A stretch of 64,000 nt of DNA from Armatimonadota bacterium (lineage in GTDB: Bacteria > Armatimonadota > SYMT01). A program made the translations under genes and the position numbers. The notes beneath the pieces were generated by a model. That model saw nothing but the letters and a program-made list of their open reading frames with translations. It was not told the origin of the DNA and ran no database searches. This document shows, piece by piece, positions 47,558 through 57,394 of the stretch. Where the stretch lies: positions 32,001-96,000 of the forward strand of contig JAWLHY010000001.1 in NCBI GenBank assembly GCA_041690135.1, read 5' to 3'. Every line of letters begins with the position of its first letter. Position 1 is the stretch's first letter.

Positions 47558-47750
47558 AAGCCGACGTGCGAGGCGGCTACGGGGGCGGAGGGCCTGCCTC
47601 GGTCGGGTGCGTGAGACGTGAAACGTGAAACGTGAGGCTTACGTGCGAGGCGGCTACAGGGGCAGGGATTTGGCCTCGGGCGTGGGGAGTATTGCGTAAT
47701 GCGTAAGGCTTACGTGCGAGGTAGGGGCGAGGGCGGAGGGTCTGCCTCGG
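47558..47750 (+). repeat. Three degenerate tandem copies of the 45-bp palindromic repeat with heptamer-rich spacers
   Basis: Copies at 47558-47602, 47635-47679 and 47706-47750, sharing ACGTGCGAGG...GCCTCGG; spacers contain CGTGAAA/TGCGTAA-like heptamers. Confidence 0.8.
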
Positions 47751-48192
47751 TCAGGTGGTGATGCGTGACGCGTGAGGTCCTCGATACGGCGGTCGCACCC
47801 GGAATGCATCCCGGTAACAGTCCAGGAGGGTTGGTGTCGCCGTCCCCAACCAGGATCATGCCGGCTAGCCCGGAATGCACCGTGGTAACCGCGCACTGGC
47901 GCGGGCGTGACGACCGCCTCGGCAGCCGTCACGCCAGGTGGGGCTCAGCTTGTATGAGGGAAATGCAAGGCGCGGCTCCTGGTGGACGGAATGGACCTTT
48001 GGCTCGCACCCATGTAGGGCAGGCTCTCCGATGCCTGCCTGGGCTTGTGTATGCACCCGTTTCGCCGGGTGGGACTCCGCGAGCGACCAGGGGATGTGAA
48101 CGCATACGCCGAAGGATCCGCAGGACGGCCTGCTGGCGATTGGGTGTGGATCAGAGTAAGGGCATAGCCCACGAAAAGCGATGGGAAGTTGG

Positions 48193-48675
48193 ATGATGGG
48201 TTGGAATAGGCGAGTGAGCCTGGGAAGTGTCGCGGTTCTCACGGCGTTCGGGACCGTGGGAGTGAGCGGGTGCCGTCCGGTAGCGCGGAGCGAGGCGGCG
48301 AGCCGGGCTCTGAAGATAGGACCGGGGCTGGAACGGCTGGACGGGAAGTTATTCGGATCGCAATTGTCCGAGGCGGAGAAGCAGGCCTACTGGTCGGAGC
48401 ACCAGGGCAAGCTGGTGAGCGCCACCGGGAACGTGGTGCGAGTAACCGAAGATCGCAGCATCCTTCTGCGTTGCCCGCTGAAGGCGCCCGTGGGCCGGAT
48501 GGTCCTGGTGCAAGCCTACGTGGGTGAGGATCTCCACACCGCCCTCCCCATGATGAAGTCGAATCAATACCTCACCCTGCAAGGCTTGCTCTCCGAGTGG
48601 AATCCGGATGCTGAGGCACCGAAGAGCGAAACCCCCGCGTTCGTCCTGCGAAAAGCACGGATCCGCATCCGCTGA
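48193..48675 (+). CDS. Putative lipoprotein with an OB-fold-like domain
   Basis: Hydrophobic N-terminus ending VSGC (lipobox-like); HQGKLVSATGNV and YLTLQG beta strands. Confidence 0.55.
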   Translation: MMGWNRRVSLGSVAVLTAFGTVGVSGCRPVARSEAASRALKIGPGLERLDGKLFGSQLSEAEKQAYWSEHQGKLVSATGNVVRVTEDRSILLRCPLKAPVGRMVLVQAYVGEDLHTALPMMKSNQYLTLQGLLSEWNPDAEAPKSETPAFVLRKARIRIR

Positions 48676-48902
48676 CGTGGGAAACTCACCACAGAGGGCA
48701 CACGGAGAGGGAGATGGCCCGCGGAAAACGCGGAAGCGCGCGGAAAAAGGGAGATTGGTGGAAGATTAAACTGGAGAAGGCCACTGTGTGACGCGCAGGG
48801 CCGCCGGACGGGGTCAAGCTCCGTAAACCTGCCACCTGAAACCCTCAACCCCTGGCCCCCGAGGGGGGCTTCCAATTTACCAACCTTTAAACCAGGAAAC
48901 AG

Positions 48903-48933
48903 GAGGCCGGCGCAGGGGGACTGCGCCGGCCTC
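48903..48933. terminator. Hairpin between convergent genes
   Basis: GAGGCCGGCGCAG-gggga-CTGCGCCGGCCTC, a perfect 13-bp stem without a clear U tract. Confidence 0.45.
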
Positions 48934-49016
48934 AGTCTGTCTGGGAATTGGCCGAGGGGCTCATCAGCACCGCAGGAAATCGCCCCATTCACCCGGGACT
49001 TTCTGGTTTCGGTTTT

Positions 49017-49079
49017 CTTTTCCGCGTGCTTCCGTGTGTTCCCATACGGGCAAGCTCGCGGGCACAAACGGTTCCCCGA
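49017..49079 (+). repeat. Long form of the dispersed repeat (copy 3), inverted relative to the short copy at 48717-48748
   Basis: TTCCGCGTGCTTCCGTGTGTTCCCATACGGGCAAGCTCGCGGGC...CGGTTCCCCG. Confidence 0.8.
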
Positions 49080-49145
49080 GCTTCAACCTGTAACCTGTTA
49101 ACCTGCAACTCAGCAGTAATCCCCGGCCAAATAGTACCCGTCACG

Positions 49146-50285
49146 TTATCGCCGGTCGGTGGTGAACCGGTGGATGGTCGTTTGTTTGTACACCTGGCCA
49201 GGTCGCAGGATCACCGAAGGGAACTGCGGCTTATTGGGGGAGTCGGGGAAGTGCTGGGTCTCCAGGCAGAAGCCGGTGTTCTTCTTGTAGACCACGCCGT
49301 TCTTGCCCTTCAGGGAGCCGTCCAGGAAGTTGCCGGTATAGAACTGGATGCCCGGCTCGTCCGTGAGGATCTCCATGACCCGCCCGCTCTTGGGATCCCG
49401 GACCCGGGCCGCGAGCGCCAGGCTCTTACCCCCGCTGTCGAGGACGTAGTTGAGGTCGTAACCGCCGGGATCGCTGTAGGCCGGGCGCGGCTTCAACTGC
49501 CCGATCCGAGCGCCCATGGGGGTCGGTTTCGTGAAATCGAAGGGGGTGCCCTTCACCGAAGCGATCTTGCCCGTGGGGATCATGGTGGCGTCGCCGGGGG
49601 TGTACCGCTTCGCCGCCAGCATCAGCTCGTGGTCGAGGATGGTCCCCTTACCCGCCAGGTTGAAATAGCTGTGGTGCGTGAGGTTGACCGGGGTGGGGGC
49701 GTCGGTCTTGGCGGTGTAATCCAGCCGCAGCTCGTTGTTATTCGTGAGGGTGTAGGTGACCCGAGAGACCAACTCGCCGGGATAGCCTTCCTCCAGGTTG
49801 GGGCTGGTGTAGGCGAACTCAACGGCCGGGCCGAGGCTCGACTGCACCGTCCGGGCACGCCATACCACCTTATCGAACGCCTTCTCACCCCCATGCAGGT
49901 GGTGGTTGCCGTTGTTCCGCGCCAGCGGGTACTCCACCCCATCCAGCGTGAACTTCCCGTTGGCGATGCGGTTCGCCACCCGGCCCACGGTGGAGCCGAA
50001 GAAGGGGTGACCGGCGAGGTACTGCTTCAGGTTGGTGAACCCGAGGACCACGTCGCCCAGCTTCCCGTTGCGGTCCGGCACGTGCAACTCGGTAAGGGTA
50101 GCGCCGTAGGTCGTGATCTTGGCGACCGCCCCATTCTTGTTGGTGAGCGTGTAAAGATCGACCACCGCGCCGTCCGGCATCTTGCCCCAGGCCTTCTTCG
50201 TCACGCCGGGCTGCGCGGCCGGAGCCTGCACCGCCATGCCAAGACTCAGCAGGACCACGGTGGCGAGGACTGGTTTCTTGAGCAT
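49146..50285 (-). CDS. galM: Aldose 1-epimerase (galactose mutarotase), with signal peptide
   Basis: [31 protein letters not shown] and [12 protein letters not shown] motifs. Confidence 0.93.
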   Translation of the reverse strand: MLKKPVLATVVLLSLGMAVQAPAAQPGVTKKAWGKMPDGAVVDLYTLTNKNGAVAKITTYGATLTELHVPDRNGKLGDVVLGFTNLKQYLAGHPFFGSTVGRVANRIANGKFTLDGVEYPLARNNGNHHLHGGEKAFDKVVWRARTVQSSLGPAVEFAYTSPNLEEGYPGELVSRVTYTLTNNNELRLDYTAKTDAPTPVNLTHHSYFNLAGKGTILDHELMLAAKRYTPGDATMIPTGKIASVKGTPFDFTKPTPMGARIGQLKPRPAYSDPGGYDLNYVLDSGGKSLALAARVRDPKSGRVMEILTDEPGIQFYTGNFLDGSLKGKNGVVYKKNTGFCLETQHFPDSPNKPQFPSVILRPGQVYKQTTIHRFTTDRR

Positions 50286-50852
50286 CGTTGCTTTCCTGAT
50301 CGAAGGTGACATCACGGCCGGACGAGGACTTCCCCGGCACTTCTACCCTATAGGTTGGACACGATGAGGCCGCGTGCCTCCCAAGGCTTCGTAGACTATG
50401 ATGAGGATAAGGAAGGATGCGTGCGGAGACGGGGCGAGCGTTCGTTTCGTGATGCTGGGTTCGGTCGCGACACATACGGACACAGCGCGGCGCAGCCGCA
50501 ACCGAACCGGTTCTGGTCACGGTGGACAATGGGTGCATCGCGCTCCAGGCCGTTCACGGCACATCCGGTCCGCGTCGCCCGTACCGCTCAAACAGCAACA
50601 CTCGAAATCCGTGCCCCGTGTACCGGAGGTGCCAGCCCCCGGACCTGACGGCCGCACAGAAAAGCCCTGGAGGGGCGGTAGAGCCATGCGCTGTGAGGGA
50701 ATCTGAACCGCCCAAGGGGCGGATGGCGGAAGGCAGGAGCAAACCAGGGATAGCCAGATCTGGCGAAGGGAAGGGGTGTGTTTCGCAGAAACCGTCACGT
50801 AAGGAGCCGCACACTTCGCGGCAAGCATTTCCCCATAGGAGGCCCGGTCGCC

Positions 50853-51184
50853 ATGCCCGTTCAGATCGTCCGCATCAATGAAGATCAGCTCGGAGAGCAA
50901 GAGCGAAATGCCCTCGATATCCTGGTGAACCTGGATGTCGCCACCCTCAACCAGCTCAAAGAGTTGATGGAGCTGAGCCACCCAGGAGAAGTCGGACCCC
51001 AGACCCTCGCCAGCTTCATCGCGTTGTGCGGGGAAGAGCGGATCGACCTCTCCGACGCGGGGGTGAACGCCTTCAAGGAGGCGCACGGCCTGGGCAATCG
51101 CGGCCCCCTCCAGGGGGTGGCGGCCAGACACTGCCGGGGCTGGTCCGGCGGCGGAAGGCGGAGCGGGCGCTGTTCTTGACCTGA
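50853..51184 (+). pseudogene. Internally deleted peptidoglycan-binding/GH24 lysozyme gene remnant
   Basis: AGGAGG RBS. Frame 1 gives MPVQIVRINE...GVNAFKEAHGLGNRGPLQG. From 51113 another frame gives GGGGQTLPGLVRRRKAERALFLT-stop (51182-51184), the classic phage-type lysozyme C-terminus. The catalytic middle is absent. Confidence 0.65.
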
Positions 51185-51238
51185 CACCGCGGAGCCGCTG
51201 CAGCTCCAAGTTGAAGGTGCAGCGGCTCCGGGCCGCAT

Positions 51239-54200
51239 TCAATCCCTGGGCGGGGAGGCGATCCGCCGCAGGATCCCGGCCACTCCATCGTCGTCCGTGC
51301 CGATGAACAGGTCGCGGGTGCCGTTCCCCGGCTCGCGGATGGCCAGGCTTTCGACTTTGACCCCGTCCAGGGTCCCCAGGGGGCGGGCGGTTTCGAAGAT
51401 GTTCACCACCGTGCTGCCTTCCGCGTCCCGTCCCAGGCGCCCGATGCGGAAGACGTGGCTCCGGAACGGCCCGTGGTCCCCGAGATCGCTAACGCCTGCG
51501 GCATAGATCCATCCTTCCGAATCGATCTCCAGCGCCGTGATGTGCCGGCGATGGGGTCCCTTCAAGCTCGGAGCGGCATACGGCTTGCAGTCGTGGCTGA
51601 TGATAGTCCCCGAGCGGATCTCCCCCCAGTGGATCACCGTTTGGGTTTCACTCTCCCCGCGTTCGCCAAAGAGGAGCATCAGCCGGTCACCCATCCAGAA
51701 CGCAGCCGTCCCCTCGATGTTCCGGACCGTCTTCGGAAGGTCACCTTCGTGGTAGAGCCGCGCTTCCCCATCCCCGGTAAGCTCTGCCGTGAACACCCGC
51801 CGGAAGCGCGGATTGACCCCACTCTCCACCAGTAGGAACCGGGGCTTACCGGGTCCCTCGCCGGGCTTGGGCGGGATGCGGGCAATACTCTCCAGATCGT
51901 AAGGGGCCGGCTCCACCCCCTTGATCTTCAGCGGAGTAAACTGGCCGGTGTGCTCGTTCACCAGGCTCAGCCGCGCCTCCCCGTCTTTGGTGGTATCGTG
52001 CAGCACAAGGAAACGCTCGCCGTCCAGCCACGCGGCCCCGCTCAGATCGCGCGGGCAGGCGGAAGCCTTGGCTGGCGGCTGAGGGGCGGGCGCCGGCTCC
52101 ACGGGGACAGGACTCTTTACCTCGGGCTTCTCTTCCAGCGGCTCCATCAGGAACGCCGGCGGCTCGTCGCCAACCTCGGGCCGGCGCGGGACATCCACCA
52201 GCAGGTCGACCAGCTCGGCGACCGATGGGTAGATCGCGGTCTGCCCCAGGATGACGCTCTCCTGCACCACGCCTGCCTTGCTCGCCTGGCGGGTGAAGTA
52301 CCCGAGAATGGGGAGGTCCTTCAGGAGGGGAAGCTCGCGGACGAACGGAATGCCGCCCGTCCGGCGCTCGGGCAACCCGAGCTGCGAGTTTACCCCAAAG
52401 CGAGAGACCTCTCTCACTTCCAGGTTGGAGAGCTGGACTTCCGTGTTGACGGTATGCCGGTCCACCCGCGGGATGGACGGGTTGACGGTGCCGTCGGGCT
52501 CGCGCACCCGGACCGTGGCGGCATGGTCGAAGCGGAACCGAAGTGCCTGACCGGACGGGTCAAAGATCGGGGTAATCTTGAAAACGTCCCCGGTGTTGAG
52601 GCTGTACACCTCCCCCGGCGGTTCCTTCGGCTGCTCCTGAAGCAGGCTGAGCAGGCCCATGGCAGCCCCGATAACCGGGAGTGACGTGGTTCCGGCAAGG
52701 TTGGCCGCATTGGCCGTGGTCGCGGCCGTTACCCCCGCCCCGGCGGCCCGCGAGACCCGATCGGGCGCAAAGAAGGAGTTGTTGACCCCCTGGGCAAGCT
52801 GCCCAAGCTGTTGAGCCTGCTGCAGGAAGTCCTGTGCGCCCGCCAGTTCCACGTCGGCGGAAGCATTCGGTGAGACCCGCGCCACCAGACGGTTCGTGGC
52901 AAGGATAGAAGTGCGCTGGATCAGCCCGAGGTTCACGCGGGGGGCCGTCCCTCCGAACAGGCCGGCAATGCGGTCTCCCAGGCGGGTGCCCGGACCCGGT
53001 TTGTCGTGGATGGCGTCCTGGAGCCCTTGCAGGGTGGGGGCGACGAAGTAGTGGTCCAGGTCGTCCTCGGTGATGATCATCAGGCGCTTGATCATGTCGT
53101 CGGCCGCCGCCACGCGGGCTGTGGCCTGCGTCAACGTATTGCGGTTGCCTTCGGTGCCGGCCAGGTCCCAAGCCATGCGGTCGGCTCGGATCAGGACACC
53201 CCGCCCCGCGAGATCACCTCCCTTCATCCGCAGGGTCCCTCTGCTGTCGAGTTCGAGGAGTAGCGTTTTCGCGCCAAGCTGGCGGTAGCTGGGAGGGATG
53301 TCACATGGCTGCTTCACCCTTGCATCGATCTCGCGGAAATCCGCGGCAGAGTCCACGTGCGAGCGGCTGAGCCACCCAATCAACGGCAGATAGTCCTCTC
53401 GGTGCTTTCCGGCGCCGTCCCTGGTCACATCGACTTTCTTTCCGTTCGTCCGGCCCTTCCAGGCAAGGCTGCGATCGACCTGCTTGAGCAACCCGCGAAT
53501 CTCGGAGGCCACCGAGTAGCGTGCCTTGGCCTGGATAGCCAGCAAGACCTCGAGCTGGTTCGCGGTCATCTCGTCGTCGTTGAGGCCGGCGGTGCGGGCG
53601 TTCAACGCGCCGAACAGCACCTTGGGCATGGCGGGAAAAGCCGTGGCCCGCGATCCGTTCGCTCCGGCAGAACCCGTCACCCCATTGCCTTCCTGGCCGG
53701 TGATCAAGGTCCGCAGCACCTGAAGTGAGTCGTCCAGAAACCGGGCGTACTCCTTACGACGCTGCTCTTGTGCCTTCTGGTCGTCGTGGTTATCGGCGTC
53801 GCCGTTGATTTCGCGACGGCTGGAGAGGTTCACCAACTCGCGAGAAAAATCGCGCAGTACGCGGAGACGGGAAGAGCGTCGCCCCAGGGTCAGCACGAAC
53901 ATGGTCTCGCCAAGCGTCGTGCAGTGCGCCGGATCGGGGATGGTCCAGCGGGTTACGTATTCCAGGTCCTTGAGGTAAAGTCGAAGTTGCCTCACATTCC
54001 CCTGGTGCTCAAGAAACTGCTTCCGTTCCGCAGATGGCAGCTCCTGCAACTCCGACTCCGGCCGCTCTTCCGCCAGGGCGAAGGCGGCAACGCGCATCCC
54101 ATCCAGCATTGCCGACACCTGCTCGGTCACAACGCCAAGTGCATCGCGAAAGCTCGTGAGCTCGTCGAGCTTCCGTGCGTGGACCACTGCTGTGTTGAGA

Positions 54201-57200
54201 CGCTCCTGAAACACCGTTTGCTGCTGTTCAAGGCGGGGCGACCGTGATGTAGCATCACCTTCGGCCTTTCGTGTCTCTTCTTCGAGCACCTGGCATGACG
54301 AACCACAGGGGGAGACGGGCGGTTCGTTCTCTTCGTCCGAGGGCAAAGGCCCGTAACCCTGGAGATACGCGCGGTCTTCTTGCTTGAGGGACAGCTTTCC
54401 CAGCCGAAGCCGTTCGCCTCGCGCTTCATCCAGCCGATCCTGGACTTGCTGCGCAACCTTCCGGATAGATAAGGTAGCACCCTGCAGTTGTTTAACGAGT
54501 GTGTCGATTTGCGTGGAGCACTTTTCAAGACTTTTAAGTTCTCGCAGCCACAACTCGACTCGCGGCAGTGATTGGTTCCGGGCCTCGTCGAAGGCCGCGG
54601 AGGCAAACTCATCGAGCAGTTGCCGGTCTTTGCGCAGGCCCTTGATCTCTTTGGAACCCTCTTTCCCTTCCAACTTGAGCTTTTCGATTCGGTAGTTCAG
54701 GCCGGCGATCGCCTCGGTGAGATGGGCAATGTCCTGGATGTCGCCATGCAGCCGCAGCACCTGGGTGGCCGCGGACCACCAGGCGCGGTAGGGAAGCTTG
54801 AAGCCGAGCCGCTCGCGGATCTCCGGTGGGTAGAAGAAGTACCGGTTCAAGCGGGCGTCCAGCTCCAGAGCGGTGCCCCGGGTCAGGTTCCGCATTCCCT
54901 GGGCTACCTGGTTGACTTCCTTGTTAACGGAGTTCCGCAGCACCTCCTGGATCGTCGTGATGTTGTTGCGCAAGTGGCGCAACTCCGTGTTGATCATCCG
55001 GACGCGCCCGTTGATGGCGTTAGGATCGCGGCTGTTGAGTTGCATCGTCCAGAGCGTGACGCGCGCCTGCGGTGCGGGCCGGTCGAAACCGGCAATCACG
55101 TCCAGGGCCTTCTCCACATCTTCCGGAAGGCCGCGGATGAAGAGGGTTTTGCTGTCCGCGAAGGCGTACATCATCACCCGCTTGATCGGATCGGTGCTGC
55201 GGAAGTTTGCCGGGGCGAAGTAGATCGGCGTGTTCTCGCGGGCCGTGCCGAACGCTTCCGCCTCGATCCGGGCCTGGAACACGATGCTCTGCCGGAGGCC
55301 TGCCACGGCTGTCTGCAGTTCCGAAAGATCCGACCGCACCGCCGCAAGGTTCTGGGCTTTCCCCTCCTTCTCACCCGTCAGCAGGTCCAGCTCGTTCTTC
55401 TGATTGGTGTGCGCACCTTCGGCGGCCTCTACCAACTTGCTCTGGTTCTTCACCCGCTCCGTAGCTGCGTCATCATCCGCCTTGGCTTCCGCGGCAAGCT
55501 TCTTTGCGTCGGCAAGCGCCGCCTCGGCCTTCACCAGCGCTTCCGCGGCCCCTTCTTCGTTGGCATCCTTCTTCTGCCGCGCCTCCGTCACGGTCTGCTC
55601 CTTGCGGGTGACGTCGGCATCCTTTTTGCCCTTGGCGGTAGCGGTCTCGACCTGCTTGTCCTTCAGCTCCGACTCGGTGGATCTCAGACCTGAGAGTGTC
55701 TTCGCAGCCGCACTCACCTTCTGGCCCTGGATCCGGATCTTCTCCTCGAGCACCACCACCTGGCGCTGGAGGTCCGCGACCCGGCCCTGCTTTTCGAAGA
55801 GCTCCTGCTCACTCTTCAGCAGCTTGTTCTGAAGGTTCTGCCCGCGTGCAACTGCAACCCGTCCTTCCGGATTGAGGATGGTCGTCGCGCCGTTGAGGGT
55901 CTGCATCAGGCGCGGCACGTTGTCGAAGTAGAACAGGCGCACCTGTTCATTCACGAAGTGGTCGACATCGCCCGTGAACGACTCCTCCAACAGCAGCACT
56001 GCCTGCGCGAGGAGGTCGCGCTGCGAGCGCGCGTCCTTATAGGCCCGGTTCGCGTACTCGATGGGAGTCTCGTACCGTGTATTCAACTGCGCGGCCAGGA
56101 GCGGCCAGTCCTGGTCGGCCCGCCGGAGGTCGGCCACCAGGGATTTCGCCGGAGCAAGAGCTTCGTGGGTCTCACCAAGATCGAGTGCCGGATCGCGCTT
56201 ATCCTTGAGGCTATCGCGGATCTGCTTGATGATGGCATCTCGCCGGTTGCCCACCTTCAGGTTCTGCTCGCCAGCATAGTCCCGCATGCGAGCCCAAAGC
56301 CGTTCGAAGTTCCCCACGCACTGGTCACATTCATTGCTGTTGGTGACCACCGTTTTCAGATAGCTATTGCCGGTATCGGTCTCTTCCTTCCAACCTCCGG
56401 GTAAAAGGCCGGCTGCCAGGGTTTCGGCCGCTCCTTTGGAATAGTCGTTACCCGCCTGGAGCGGTGCGGCAGCCTTCTTCATCGGCGGATTCAGGGCTTC
56501 CGCCTGCCCAAACGCGGGAAGTTGCACCGCCAGAGCGCCGTGGATCCCGGCGTCTTTCCGCTCCTTCAACAGGGTCGGAAAACCGGTGACGAGGAAGCGC
56601 TGCTGATGGGACCCCGCGACTCGCTTCGCGGCCGTAAGATAACCGTTGGCTGCCGTCCGGAGCTTCTTATCGCCTTCGTGCAGCTCTTTGAGCCGGACCA
56701 GCAGGCCGTTCAACTGGGTGTGCGCGTTCCTCGCCACATCGTATCCCGGCACTTTCGCGTCGAGCGCCGTTTTCGCATCGGCCACGGCCTTCTCCGCCGT
56801 CGCCAGTTCCTTCTTCTTTTCTGCGATCTTGGCCTCGTCCTTCGGATCCGCTTTCTCGAGGGCGGCCAGTTCCTCGGCACGAGCTTTCCGGCTCGTCTCC
56901 GCGGCAGCCAGTGCATCGGCCTCGGTCTTGCGCCGGGAGTCGGCCTCGGCAAGAGCATCCGCCAGAGACTTGATGGTCTTGCGGAGCTCACTGTTCTTTG
57001 CGGGATCCCGGGGGTCTTCCTGGAGATGCTTCTGGAGTTCTGCGTCCAGACCGTGCTCGCCGCCGATCGGAGTCGCTTTCAGGACCTCCGCGGCCTCCTG
57101 GAGTTTTGCAATGCCTTCGGCATCGAGCGCGGCATCTTTAGCTGCTGCCAGCTTCGCCTGCAGCTTATCGCCGTTGTCCGCGACGGGTTTTACTTCTCCG

Positions 57201-57352
57201 GCAAAGGTGATGGCCTTGCCCGTGGGTCCCGCCAGCTTGGGGTCGAGGTTGGTCTGTGCCGACAGCTCGACCAGTCCCAGGGCGAGGGACAGTCCGATGC
57301 AGACCGGAAGGAGGCGCACGAGGTGCAGCACGGGACGGAATGGGTATCGCAT
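51239..57352 (-). CDS. Giant (2037 aa) secreted protein with dispersed secretin-like motifs, long coiled coils and a C-terminal beta-propeller-like domain
   Basis: Signal peptide; KTLFIRGLPEDVEKALDVIAGFDRPAPQARVTLW (N3/secretin junction-like); TGDVFKITPIFDPSG...PRVDRHTVNTEVQL and GGIPFVRELPLLKDLPILGYF (secretin core/signature-like); C-terminal DLSG..DLESIA..NIEG..VESLAI..TDDD repeats. Confidence 0.7.
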   Translation of the reverse strand: MRYPFRPVLHLVRLLPVCIGLSLALGLVELSAQTNLDPKLAGPTGKAITFAGEVKPVADNGDKLQAKLAAAKDAALDAEGIAKLQEAAEVLKATPIGGEHGLDAELQKHLQEDPRDPAKNSELRKTIKSLADALAEADSRRKTEADALAAAETSRKARAEELAALEKADPKDEAKIAEKKKELATAEKAVADAKTALDAKVPGYDVARNAHTQLNGLLVRLKELHEGDKKLRTAANGYLTAAKRVAGSHQQRFLVTGFPTLLKERKDAGIHGALAVQLPAFGQAEALNPPMKKAAAPLQAGNDYSKGAAETLAAGLLPGGWKEETDTGNSYLKTVVTNSNECDQCVGNFERLWARMRDYAGEQNLKVGNRRDAIIKQIRDSLKDKRDPALDLGETHEALAPAKSLVADLRRADQDWPLLAAQLNTRYETPIEYANRAYKDARSQRDLLAQAVLLLEESFTGDVDHFVNEQVRLFYFDNVPRLMQTLNGATTILNPEGRVAVARGQNLQNKLLKSEQELFEKQGRVADLQRQVVVLEEKIRIQGQKVSAAAKTLSGLRSTESELKDKQVETATAKGKKDADVTRKEQTVTEARQKKDANEEGAAEALVKAEAALADAKKLAAEAKADDDAATERVKNQSKLVEAAEGAHTNQKNELDLLTGEKEGKAQNLAAVRSDLSELQTAVAGLRQSIVFQARIEAEAFGTARENTPIYFAPANFRSTDPIKRVMMYAFADSKTLFIRGLPEDVEKALDVIAGFDRPAPQARVTLWTMQLNSRDPNAINGRVRMINTELRHLRNNITTIQEVLRNSVNKEVNQVAQGMRNLTRGTALELDARLNRYFFYPPEIRERLGFKLPYRAWWSAATQVLRLHGDIQDIAHLTEAIAGLNYRIEKLKLEGKEGSKEIKGLRKDRQLLDEFASAAFDEARNQSLPRVELWLRELKSLEKCSTQIDTLVKQLQGATLSIRKVAQQVQDRLDEARGERLRLGKLSLKQEDRAYLQGYGPLPSDEENEPPVSPCGSSCQVLEEETRKAEGDATSRSPRLEQQQTVFQERLNTAVVHARKLDELTSFRDALGVVTEQVSAMLDGMRVAAFALAEERPESELQELPSAERKQFLEHQGNVRQLRLYLKDLEYVTRWTIPDPAHCTTLGETMFVLTLGRRSSRLRVLRDFSRELVNLSSRREINGDADNHDDQKAQEQRRKEYARFLDDSLQVLRTLITGQEGNGVTGSAGANGSRATAFPAMPKVLFGALNARTAGLNDDEMTANQLEVLLAIQAKARYSVASEIRGLLKQVDRSLAWKGRTNGKKVDVTRDGAGKHREDYLPLIGWLSRSHVDSAADFREIDARVKQPCDIPPSYRQLGAKTLLLELDSRGTLRMKGGDLAGRGVLIRADRMAWDLAGTEGNRNTLTQATARVAAADDMIKRLMIITEDDLDHYFVAPTLQGLQDAIHDKPGPGTRLGDRIAGLFGGTAPRVNLGLIQRTSILATNRLVARVSPNASADVELAGAQDFLQQAQQLGQLAQGVNNSFFAPDRVSRAAGAGVTAATTANAANLAGTTSLPVIGAAMGLLSLLQEQPKEPPGEVYSLNTGDVFKITPIFDPSGQALRFRFDHAATVRVREPDGTVNPSIPRVDRHTVNTEVQLSNLEVREVSRFGVNSQLGLPERRTGGIPFVRELPLLKDLPILGYFTRQASKAGVVQESVILGQTAIYPSVAELVDLLVDVPRRPEVGDEPPAFLMEPLEEKPEVKSPVPVEPAPAPQPPAKASACPRDLSGAAWLDGERFLVLHDTTKDGEARLSLVNEHTGQFTPLKIKGVEPAPYDLESIARIPPKPGEGPGKPRFLLVESGVNPRFRRVFTAELTGDGEARLYHEGDLPKTVRNIEGTAAFWMGDRLMLLFGERGESETQTVIHWGEIRSGTIISHDCKPYAAPSLKGPHRRHITALEIDSEGWIYAAGVSDLGDHGPFRSHVFRIGRLGRDAEGSTVVNIFETARPLGTLDGVKVESLAIREPGNGTRDLFIGTDDDGVAGILRRIASPPRD

Positions 57353-57394
57353 GGATTCAAGAACCTGTGGGGAACGTGAGACTGGAAGGCGAGC

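Noticed and set aside
47558-47750. CRISPR array
   Set aside because: The repeats are degenerate, the spacers resemble each other (heptamer runs), there are only three units, and no cas genes or leader are visible.
51111-51120. Programmed -1 frameshift producing an active lysozyme
   Set aside because: Even with the shift, the product lacks the GH24 catalytic Glu/Asp/Thr region; deletion is the simpler explanation.
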